In this document: positions 31,159 through 38,715 of the stretch, piece by piece | Layout: every line of letters begins with the position of its first letter | Position numbering within the stretch: position 1 is the stretch's first letter | Made by a program: the position numbers and the translations under genes | DNA from: a candidate division WOR-1 bacterium RIFOXYB2_FULL_37_13 | GTDB taxonomy: Bacteria; Margulisbacteria; WOR-1; XYC2-FULL-46-14; XYC2-FULL-37-10 | Reading direction: 5' to 3' | Length of the DNA: 64,000 bases | NCBI GenBank assembly: GCA_001771535.1 | Contig: MEUB01000036.1 | Span: 842-64,841, forward strand | Notes under the pieces: model-generated | Database searches by the model: none | The model's input: the letters and a program-made list of their open reading frames with translations, nothing else | What the model was told of the DNA's origin: nothing

Positions 31159-32291
31159 AAAATCCCCCCCCTCTAATATATTATCAAAATCTCTAATTAC
31201 TGTGTCTACTAAAAGGGGGGAGGGTCACATATCGTGACAGATCAATTACTTTCACCAAGACTAATCCAAGGAAAATTAATATCGGCGAAAGAAAACGCCC
31301 TGAACCTCAAGGCAAGCCAGGCTATATCCGCGTAGATACTGTGCATCAGGGCGATTCCGACAAACAAAAAGGGGTCTATTATATAAATACTGTCGACGAA
31401 GTTACCCAATGGCAGGCAATTGCCGCTGTAGAAAAAATATCTGAAACATATTTACTCGAGGCTCTCTTAGGCTTGCTCAATCAATTTCCATTTGAAATCA
31501 TTGAATTTCATAGCGACAATGGTTCAGAATACATCAACAGACAAGTCGCAGAACTTTTAAACAGACTTTTAATTAAACTTACGAAATCTCGAGCTAGACA
31601 CTGTAATGATAACGCTTTAGTAGAGTCAAAAAATGGGGCTGTAATTAGAAAATGGATGGGCTATGCTCATATTCCTCAGAAACATGCCCAAGACATCAAC
31701 AAATTCTTTAAAAAATATTTTAATTTATATTTAAACTACTACAGACCTTCTATTTTCCCTGAAATTGTATTTTCTGCAAAAAGAAAAGAGGTCAAAAAAT
31801 ACAGATATGAGAATACAATGACCCCTTTCGCAAAACTAAAATCCATTTTTGAATACAAAAAGTTCCTCAAAAAGAATACTTCCGTCGTTGACTTAGAATT
31901 GTTTTTAAGCAATGATAGTCCTAATGAGTTTGCTGAAAAGGTGGTGAAGGCTCAAGATTGTCTCTTTAATGGCATTTCTACCTAACCCTTTTTCAGGGAC
32001 ATTCTTGCATTAGAAAATACTCTCCCTTTTCACGAAGCTCCTGATCACTAACCAATGAAGTCCACAGAATCTTAAGAACAGAAATTATAAAAGGAAGAAA
32101 AATCAAGATCGACACAACAGGAATAGCTACGGGTAAAATATCACTCGGTCGCGAACCAAACCCCATAGCAACTCGGCTTCTATACATATCCAAAAAAACA
32201 GCTGGAATTATACCAAAAAAAGCAACGGTAAAAATAAAAATAGAAAAAATAATTATAAATTTTGCTGATCTCATCTCTCCACCTCAATAAC

Positions 32292-32341
32292 AGCTTAAAT
32301 TAGGAGAAATGCTTTGTCAATAAAGGTTTAAGTAGTATAAT
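32292..32341. promoter_or_regulatory. Bidirectional promoter module copy 2 (back-to-back, -35 boxes overlapping)
   Basis: Minus: TTGACA (32320-32315), 17 nt, TAAGCT (32297-32292) for the disrupted paralog. Plus: TTGTCA (32314-32319), 16 nt, TATAAT (32336-32341) for 32372. Confidence 0.55.
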
Positions 32342-32371
32342 GCCTATACATTTAGTAAAAGGAGTTGTCAT

Positions 32372-32872
32372 ATGAATAAAGGTTTATTGATTGGCGTCAT
32401 AGTTTTGGGATTGATCGCATCTCTGTTTGTAGTCTTTAATTACAACTCAATGTTCGGTCTAGTCGTAGGTTTTATGACAGGGGGAGAAACTACTTGGAAC
32501 AACAATGCTTTAGGAACTAACCAGGGAGGCATAATTCACTTAGCCGCAATGCCGGGGAAAGGAATAAATCCCCCAAAACAGTTTCCAAAAGATTTACCTG
32601 TATATTCAAACAGTAAAATTATTACTCTGCATATAGATACAACACAAACTCCAAACTTGATCAATATAATAATGGAATCTGACGATGATGCAAATACAGT
32701 ACACAATTTTTATAAATCTGAAATGCAAAAGAATGGATGGGCGTTGAAAAGTGAAAATGGTTCAGTTTTTATGACAGATTGGACAAAAGACATCCGCAAA
32801 TTGAGCATTATGATATCTCAAGGCAAACGGGGAAATCCAAATACGCCAGGATGTTCTATAATGATTAATTAA
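32372..32872 (+). CDS. Small N-terminally anchored protein, paralog family B
   Basis: TM helix, QFPKDLPVYSNSK...HNFYKSEMQKNGW; paralog of 28801-29226. AAAGGAG RBS. Confidence 0.6.
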   Translation: MNKGLLIGVIVLGLIASLFVVFNYNSMFGLVVGFMTGGETTWNNNALGTNQGGIIHLAAMPGKGINPPKQFPKDLPVYSNSKIITLHIDTTQTPNLINIIMESDDDANTVHNFYKSEMQKNGWALKSENGSVFMTDWTKDIRKLSIMISQGKRGNPNTPGCSIMIN

Positions 32873-32878
32873 GCCTTA

Positions 32879-33739
32879 TTATATAGGCTTTTGTATACTT
32901 CCAGTCATAGCTATCATGACATGTGTTGGATCATTGTTGTCTATTTCACAAGGATATACAGCTCCCACTCTAATAAGTTGTAAGGCAACATCCGGCAAAG
33001 GCATCTCTTTATCAAGAACATATGGAGTTATTCCTTCTCCGGTTACCTCATATTTAAGAGAATAAACTTTTTGACCATTTTTTGTCTTTTCCGCATCGGC
33101 AAAACCCATTATCCTAGCCTGGCCTTTTTTTCCATTAACCACAACGCCTCGCTCCACATTCCCAGCAACCCCTAAATTTTGAAAATTTACAGGCATCCCT
33201 TGCATTATGGGTTGTCCTTGAAAATTTTGCGCAGTTCTTTTTTCTGAAGGATTAATATTCCAGGCATTTATAGCTACCCTTTTTGGGTTTTTTGGATCAA
33301 CCTTAACGGGGATAACGGCTCCCAACCGGATAAGAGAAAGCCCCATTAAAGGAACCATAAATTTGTCTTCTACAATATAAGGAGGCTGGTTTGAGGTCGA
33401 CACTTCCAGTTTCAGTTTCATCATCGGTTGATTGTTTATTTGCGTTCCGGTCTGAATAACCTCCAAAATTCGCGCTTGCCCGTCAACTCCTTTTTCACGA
33501 AGTTCTTGATCACTAAATATCATTTTCCAGATTATTTTAATAGGGCCAATCAAAGAAGGAATAACAAAAAAAATAATCGCAATAATAAATACTATCGGCA
33601 AAAAATCTATCGGACGCAAACTAAGTCCCATATCGACTCTACTTCTATAAATATTCAGAAAAACGGCCGGAAGAACACCAAAACAAACAACAATAAAAAC
33701 AAAAACAGAAGAAATAATTGCAAATTTTACTGATCTCAT
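32879..33739 (-). CDS. Membrane protein, paralog family A (long, two C-terminal domains)
   Basis: 286 aa. The N-terminal TM pair is about 60 percent identical by eye to the 31993-32274 fragment. 33244-33389 is nearly identical in DNA to 29243-29388. The second domain repeats the pattern (GQARIMGF...LIRVGAVYPCEIDNNDP). Confidence 0.65.
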   Translation of the reverse strand: MRSVKFAIISSVFVFIVVCFGVLPAVFLNIYRSRVDMGLSLRPIDFLPIVFIIAIIFFVIPSLIGPIKIIWKMIFSDQELREKGVDGQARILEVIQTGTQINNQPMMKLKLEVSTSNQPPYIVEDKFMVPLMGLSLIRLGAVIPVKVDPKNPKRVAINAWNINPSEKRTAQNFQGQPIMQGMPVNFQNLGVAGNVERGVVVNGKKGQARIMGFADAEKTKNGQKVYSLKYEVTGEGITPYVLDKEMPLPDVALQLIRVGAVYPCEIDNNDPTHVMIAMTGSIQKPI

Positions 33740-33756
33740 TTTTTCACCTCAATGAC

Positions 33757-33806
33757 AGCTTAAAATAGTAGAACTGCTTTGTCAATAAGGGTTTAAGAAG
33801 TATAAT
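33757..33806. promoter_or_regulatory. Bidirectional promoter module copy 3 (drives 32879-33739 and rsmH)
   Basis: Minus: TTGACA (33785-33780), 17 nt, TAAGCT (33762-33757). Plus: TTGTCA (33779-33784), 16 nt, TATAAT (33801-33806), only 9 nt before the rsmH ATG 33816. Confidence 0.5.
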
Positions 33807-33815
33807 GTTTATTAT

Positions 33816-34715
33816 ATGGATACATTCCACCTGCCTGTAATGGCAAAAGAGATAGTTAATTTTCTCTCCCCTCTTAACGGAAAAACAATCGTCGATTGTA
33901 CGGTGGGTGGAGGGGGACACATCTCAAAACTAATATCCAATATCCAATTTCCAATTTCCAATGTCCAATGTCCAATGTCCAATTTCCACATCATAGCTAT
34001 CGACCAAGACCAGGAAGCTCTTGAGTTTGCTAAAAAACGATTGGCTAAATATGACAACATTGAATATATCCATGACAATTTTGGCAACTTGGCAAATATA
34101 ATAAAAGAGTCTGTTGATGCTTTTCTCTTTGATCTTGGCATTTCATCATACCAGATAGACCAGGCTTCCCGCGGTTTTAGCATACGATACGATGCGCCTC
34201 TTGATATGCGAATGGACAAAAGTAAACAGACATCCGCTCGCGAAATAATCCACAATTCAAGCGAGGATGAATTAGCGCAAATTTTCAAAGAGTATGGTGA
34301 AGAGCGGTTTTCAAGAAGAGTTGCCCGCGCGATTGTCTTGGAAAGAGACAAAAAAGAGATAAACACAACATTTGAGCTGAAAGATATAATAGAGAAAGCA
34401 ATCCCCACATGGAAAAAGAGAGAGTCTGTTACCCGCATATTCCAAGCACTCCGAATTGCTGTTAATTCAGAGCTTGATGTTTTAAAAAAAGCTCTGGAAT
34501 CAACAATCCCTTTACTTAAACCGGAAGGGAAAATAATCGTAATGTCGTATCATTCATTGGAAGATCGAATTGTTAAATGGTTTTTCAGAGATAAAGCTAA
34601 AAATGGTATACTTAATATACTTACAAAAAAGCCTGTTCTTGCGACAGAAGAAGAGACTGCAATTAATCCAAGGGCAAAAAGCGCTAAGTTGCGGTGCGCT
34701 GAAAAGAACAACTAA
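33816..34715 (+). CDS. rsmH: 16S rRNA (cytosine1402-N4)-methyltransferase RsmH/MraW
   Basis: HLPVM, DCTVGGGGH, AIDQDQEA, DLGISSYQID, SYHSLEDRIVK motifs. Contains the heptamer-encoded insert [18 protein letters not shown]. Confidence 0.9.
   Translation: MDTFHLPVMAKEIVNFLSPLNGKTIVDCTVGGGGHISKLISNIQFPISNVQCPMSNFHIIAIDQDQEALEFAKKRLAKYDNIEYIHDNFGNLANIIKESVDAFLFDLGISSYQIDQASRGFSIRYDAPLDMRMDKSKQTSAREIIHNSSEDELAQIFKEYGEERFSRRVARAIVLERDKKEINTTFELKDIIEKAIPTWKKRESVTRIFQALRIAVNSELDVLKKALESTIPLLKPEGKIIVMSYHSLEDRIVKWFFRDKAKNGILNILTKKPVLATEEETAINPRAKSAKLRCAEKNN
33935..33990 (+). repeat. Heptanucleotide tandem repeat NTCCAAT, about 8 units, in frame inside rsmH
   Basis: ATCCAAT ATCCAAT TTCCAAT TTCCAAT GTCCAAT GTCCAAT GTCCAAT TTCCACA. 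Confidence 0.9.
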
Positions 34716-34716
34716 A

Positions 34717-35004
34717 ATGAAAAAAATAAACGACAAATCAAAATATATAATACTTTTAATAGTAATTTTATTTTTGGTTCTGCTTCATTTATACATTCAA
34801 ACAAAAAGCATTACATTAAAATATGAGGGTACAAATTTAAAAATAAAACTTAAAGATATAAAAATTAAAAACAGAATCCTAGCAAGCATGCTGGCAAAGG
34901 AAGAATCCCTGTATAGAATCGAAAAAAGAGCAAAAGAAGAACTCGGCATGTCTTACCCAAAAGATATCAATTACATAATAATCAGGGAGGAAAATAAAAA
35001 ATGA
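34717..35004 (+). CDS. FtsL/septum-formation-initiator-like small bitopic protein
   Basis: Position directly after rsmH (mraZ-rsmH-ftsL synteny). MKKINDKSKYIILLIVILFLVLLHLY TM helix then coiled coil. The track start 34570 lies inside rsmH and is unlikely. Confidence 0.6.
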   Translation: MKKINDKSKYIILLIVILFLVLLHLYIQTKSITLKYEGTNLKIKLKDIKIKNRILASMLAKEESLYRIEKRAKEELGMSYPKDINYIIIREENKK

Positions 35005-36428
35005 CAGTCCGCACAAGATTTGCTCCAAGCCCCACAGGGGCGCTTCACGTGGGAGGAGCCCGCACCGCTTTGTTTAACTGGTTGTTCGCAAGAAGCCAGG
35101 GCGGAAAATTTATTTTAAGAGTTGAAGATACTGATCAACTCCGATCGACAGATGAAGCTGTAAAAGCAATATATGACGGGATGGACTTTTTAGGCCTTGA
35201 TTGGGACGAAGGACCAAAAGCAGACGGCAGTTTTGGACCATACATGCAAACCGAGCGGCTGCATATTTACAAAGAATATGCCGATAAGCTACTAAAAGAA
35301 GGAAAAGCTTACTATTGTTTTTGTACAACCGAAGAATTGAATAAACAACGAAAAGAAGCGGCAGAAAAAAAAGAAGCTCCAAAATACAACAAGACATGCA
35401 CTAAACTTACGCAGGAAGAAGTACAAAACAGAATAAAAAACGGCCTTCCTTATGTTATAAGATTTGCAATGCCCGAATCAGAAAAAATAGAAATAGACGA
35501 TTTAATAAGAGGAAAAGTTGTCTTTGAAAGCGACCTGCTTGATGATTTTGTCATTATGAAATCGGATGGTTTTCCAACTTACAACTTTGCGGCAGTAGTA
35601 GACGACCACCTGATGCAAATAACCCACATTATCCGTGGAGATGATCATCTGTCAAATACGCCAAGGCAGATTGCCCTTTATGAAGCATTTGCTTTTGAAC
35701 TTCCCAAATTTGCGCATATCCCTATGATTTTGGGAAATGATAAAAAAAGATTATCAAAACGCCATGGTGCAACATCAGTTATTGCTTACAAAGACATGGG
35801 GTATCTACCGGAAGCAATGATAAATTATTTAGCGCGGCTTGGATGGGGACACAAGGATGAAGAAATATTTTCAAGGGAAGAGCTTCTTAAAATGTTCTCA
35901 TTGGATGGAGTTACAAAAAATCCCGCAGTTTTTGATGTTGAAAAATTAAACTGGCTGAATGGGCAATATATAAGAAAAGCCATTCCTGAAAGGATTGTAG
36001 ATTTTTGCGAACCTCTTTTGATAAACGCATATGGAGATCACGACATAAAACACATTTCAAAAATAGTGAGCCTCTTTTTAGACAGGCTTGTTGTTATTCC
36101 CGACATTGTAGAATTGACAGAATATTTTTTTAAAGATAATTTCACATTTACAGAAAAGGCTTTAAATAATTTAAAAAAAGAAGGGGCGCTCCAAATTTTA
36201 AAAGAGCTAAAAGAGAAAATTTCAAATGCTGAATCTTTCAACAAAGAGGAACTTGAGAAGGCTTTTAAAGGTCTTGCGGCGGAAAAAGGGGTAAAACTCG
36301 GAGTAATTATTCACCCCTGCCGCGCCGCTATAACCGGCCGGACAGAATCTCCCGGAATTTACGATGTTATAGAGGTTCTAGGCAAAGAAAAAGTTTTGGA
36401 GAGGATTGATAAGGCGTTGGTTAGTTGA
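35001..36428 (+). CDS. gltX: Glutamyl-tRNA synthetase
   Basis: RFAPSPTGALHVGGART (HIGH) and KLSKRHG (KMSKS) motifs. Confidence 0.95.
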   Translation: MTVRTRFAPSPTGALHVGGARTALFNWLFARSQGGKFILRVEDTDQLRSTDEAVKAIYDGMDFLGLDWDEGPKADGSFGPYMQTERLHIYKEYADKLLKEGKAYYCFCTTEELNKQRKEAAEKKEAPKYNKTCTKLTQEEVQNRIKNGLPYVIRFAMPESEKIEIDDLIRGKVVFESDLLDDFVIMKSDGFPTYNFAAVVDDHLMQITHIIRGDDHLSNTPRQIALYEAFAFELPKFAHIPMILGNDKKRLSKRHGATSVIAYKDMGYLPEAMINYLARLGWGHKDEEIFSREELLKMFSLDGVTKNPAVFDVEKLNWLNGQYIRKAIPERIVDFCEPLLINAYGDHDIKHISKIVSLFLDRLVVIPDIVELTEYFFKDNFTFTEKALNNLKKEGALQILKELKEKISNAESFNKEELEKAFKGLAAEKGVKLGVIIHPCRAAITGRTESPGIYDVIEVLGKEKVLERIDKALVS

Positions 36429-36473
36429 TGATTAAATTGATAATTAGGTTGATGATTAGCAAAGCGTTTATTT

Positions 36474-38045
36474 TTAAACATGATAATCCTGCAACGCTTT
36501 CACACTAAAGCCTTTTTTCTTGAACGATTCAAGGCCGTTTACAGTCGCACGGGCTCCCGAGAGGGTCGTAACGATTGGGATCATGCGCATGATGACTTCT
36601 GACCTGATTTTTGATTCGTCTACTTTTGTCTTTTTGTCTCCGGGAGTGTTTATGACAAGCTTAATTTCGTTGTTTTTTATAAGATCCAAAATGTCGGGCC
36701 TGCCCTCCCCCAGTTTTTCAACAACTTCAACCTCCAAGCTGTTCTTTCGCAAAACATCGGCGGTTCCTGATGTTGAAACAATTTTGTAGCCCAAAGTATC
36801 TATCCGTTTTGCAAACCCCACTATCGAACGCTTGTGCTTATCATCAACAGAGATAAATATTTTCCCTTCCATTGGAAGCTTTTGCCCTGCCGCAATTTGA
36901 GCTTTCATATAAGCAAGCCCCAAATCAGGATCAATTCCCATAACCTCTCCGGTCGACTTCATTTCGGGACCAAGAACTGGATCAACCCCAGGAAAACGAC
37001 TAAATGGAAAAACAGCCTCTTTAACAGAAAAATAAGAAGGAATAACTTCTTTTTCAATGCCAAGCTCTTTTAAAGTTTTTCCGATCATAACTTTTGTAGC
37101 AATTTTTGCCCATGGGATCCCTGTCGCTTTGCTTACAAATGGAACAGTTCGAGAGGCTCTCGGATTTACCTCAAGAACATAGAGAATATCCCCTTTTACC
37201 GCATATTGTATGTTCATCAAGCCGACAACGTTTAATTCTTTAGCAAGAGCGTGTGTCGCTTTGCGGATTTTATCCAACATAGTTTTTGAAAGGGAAAAAG
37301 TGGGTAGTGCGCAAGCAGAATCGCCTGAATGGATTCCAGCTTCTTCTATATGCTCCATGACACCGCAAATCACAGTCTCTTTACCGTCTGATACGCTATC
37401 AACATCAACTTCTATTGCGTCTTCTACAAATTTATCGACTAATATAGGCCTTTCTGGAGAAGCTATCACCGCTTTATTCATGTATTCTTCAAGATCTGCG
37501 TCATCATAAACAATCATCATCGCCCGACCACCCAAAACATAAGAAGGCCTAACAATAATAGGGAATCCTATCTCTTCAGCCACTTTTTGAGCCTCAATAA
37601 AAGAGATAGCTGTCCCGTTTGGCGGCTGGGTAAGTTTTAATTTTTTAAGAAGGACTTGAAATAATTTTCGGTCTTCTGCCCTATCTATGGAATCTACAGA
37701 AGTTCCGAGAATAGGCACTCCCGCCTTGTCAAGCCGCCATGATAAGTTGAGCGGGGTTTGCCCTCCAAATTGGACAATAACGCCTGTGGGGTTTTCTTTT
37801 TGCACTACATGGAGAACGTCTTCATATGTTAAAGGCTCAAAATAAAGCCGGTCTGAAGTATCAAAATCGGTGGAAACCGTTTCGGGGTTTGAGTTTATCA
37901 TAATAGCTTCATACCCCTCTTCTTTTAAAGCAAAAGAAGCGTGGCAGCAACAGTAATCAAATTCAATCCCCTGCCCTATGCGATTGGGTCCTCCACCTAA
38001 AACGATAACCCTTTTTTGATTTTGCAGGGGGGAGTAATTGGACAT
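36474..38045 (-). CDS. carB: Carbamoyl-phosphate synthase large subunit, C-terminal half only (second ATP-grasp plus MGS-like allosteric domain)
   Basis: Starts KRVIVLGGGPNRIGQGIEFDYCCCHASFALKEEGYEAIMINSNPETVSTDFDTSDRLYFEPLT, which aligns with E. coli CarB from about residue 553. No N-terminal half adjacent. Confidence 0.9.
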   Translation of the reverse strand: MSNYSPLQNQKRVIVLGGGPNRIGQGIEFDYCCCHASFALKEEGYEAIMINSNPETVSTDFDTSDRLYFEPLTYEDVLHVVQKENPTGVIVQFGGQTPLNLSWRLDKAGVPILGTSVDSIDRAEDRKLFQVLLKKLKLTQPPNGTAISFIEAQKVAEEIGFPIIVRPSYVLGGRAMMIVYDDADLEEYMNKAVIASPERPILVDKFVEDAIEVDVDSVSDGKETVICGVMEHIEEAGIHSGDSACALPTFSLSKTMLDKIRKATHALAKELNVVGLMNIQYAVKGDILYVLEVNPRASRTVPFVSKATGIPWAKIATKVMIGKTLKELGIEKEVIPSYFSVKEAVFPFSRFPGVDPVLGPEMKSTGEVMGIDPDLGLAYMKAQIAAGQKLPMEGKIFISVDDKHKRSIVGFAKRIDTLGYKIVSTSGTADVLRKNSLEVEVVEKLGEGRPDILDLIKNNEIKLVINTPGDKKTKVDESKIRSEVIMRMIPIVTTLSGARATVNGLESFKKKGFSVKALQDYHV

Positions 38046-38147
38046 ATAAGCATCCTACCAGATTGCGCCATTGCCAGTCAAGATTCGCTTGACAACATAT
38101 AAGCTCAAACAATATACTTAAGGCAATTAAACAAGGAGGGAAAAAGA

Positions 38148-38633
38148 ATGAAAAAATTTGTTATGCTGCTATCTATTTTTGTCGCTGGGGTTATTGTTTT
38201 GGGTTTACCGGTATCTGCCGCATGGAGAGGCACTGAAGGAAGAGAAGCTACGAGGCGAACCGTTGGGAAAGCTGCTGTAAAAGAATCTGGAAAAACAACA
38301 GAAGATATCAGAGGAAGATCAGGGAGAACTGAAGGAAGAAGAGCTGTTGGAAAAGCAGCTGTAAAACAGTCCGGGAAAACAACAGAAGATATCAGAGGCG
38401 TTGAAGGAAGACAGGAGACAAGAAGAACCACCAGTAAAGCGATTCTTAAAGAATCTGGAAAAACAACAGAAGATATCAGAGGAAGATCAGGGAGAACTGA
38501 AGGAAGAAGAGCTGTTGGAAAAGCAGCTGTAAAACAGTCAGGGAAAACAACAGAAGAGATAAGAGGGGTTGAAGGAAGACAAGAATTCAGACAAGAGGTA
38601 GGCAAAGACGTCTACGAAGAGACAAAAGAATAA
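38148..38633 (+). CDS. Secreted basic tandem-repeat protein (161 aa)
   Basis: Signal peptide MKKFVMLLSIFVAGVIVLGLPVSAAW, then at least four 28-aa repeats K(E/Q)SGKTTEDIRG(R/V)xGRxExRRxxxKAxx, organised as a 168-nt higher-order repeat (38281 versus 38449). Confidence 0.7.
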   Translation: MKKFVMLLSIFVAGVIVLGLPVSAAWRGTEGREATRRTVGKAAVKESGKTTEDIRGRSGRTEGRRAVGKAAVKQSGKTTEDIRGVEGRQETRRTTSKAILKESGKTTEDIRGRSGRTEGRRAVGKAAVKQSGKTTEEIRGVEGRQEFRQEVGKDVYEETKE

Positions 38634-38660
38634 AAGAACTTAGCGTTATGATGATAAAAA

Positions 38661-38690
38661 AGGCCGGCTTAAAAGCTGGCCTTTTTATTT
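38661..38690 (+). terminator. Rho-independent terminator
   Basis: AGGCCGGC-ttaaaa-GCTGGCCT stem-loop followed by TTTTTATTT. Confidence 0.75.
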
Positions 38691-38715
38691 GATAAAATGG
38701 TATAATAGTATCGTT

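Larger units (their letters stand above)
29972..31227 (-). mobile_element. IS3-family insertion sequence (1256 bp), apparently intact
   Basis: Ends TGATCTTCCCCCCAAAAAGTAGACAG...CTGTGTCTACTAAAAGGGGGGAGGGTCA (TGA...TCA imperfect IRs). 3-bp target duplication CAT (29969-29971 and 31228-31230). orfA/orfB with an A7G slippery site. Confidence 0.9.
29485..31985 (+). pseudogene. Transposase of the outer IS, split by the IS3 insertion
   Basis: N-part 29485-29971 and C-part 31231-31985 join in frame after IS3 removal (...HIYNLRKTTT-YRDRSITFTKT...GKPGYIRVDTVHQGD...HSDNGSEYIN), giving 413 aa. Confidence 0.8.
29405..32021 (+). mobile_element. Outer IS element (rve/DDE transposase, IS481- or ISNCY/IS1202-like), itself interrupted
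   Basis: Terminal inverted repeats AGTCTTGTCTAATGCAAGATGTCCCTGAA (29405-) and TTCAGGGACATTCTTGCATTAGAAAATACT (-32021). 5-bp direct repeat CTCCC at 29400-29404 and 32022-32026. About 1358 bp without the inner IS. Confidence 0.8.
29223..32274 (-). pseudogene. Family-A membrane-protein paralog disrupted by nested IS insertion and an internal out-of-frame deletion
   Basis: N-fragment 32023-32274 ends ...SDQELREKG. Removing 29405-32021 plus one CTCCC copy restores ...REKGVDGQARIL, identical to paralog 32879-33739. The frame then shifts relative to the C-fragment (YYIIENKFLIPLMGLSLIQLGAVIPVKVDP), with about 28 aa missing. Confidence 0.85.

Noticed and set aside
33812-34438. 208-aa minus-strand ORF
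   Set aside because: It is a shadow ORF antisense to the well-supported rsmH.
38105-38605. 166-aa minus-strand ORF
   Set aside because: It is antisense to the repeat-protein gene and is kept open only by the repeat periodicity. It has no RBS, whereas the plus-strand ORF has GGAGGG, a signal peptide and a terminator.
38230-38620. Regular direct repeats as a possible CRISPR array
   Set aside because: The repeats are contiguous, with no unique spacers, and are in frame. They encode a 28-aa peptide repeat behind a signal peptide, and no cas genes are present.
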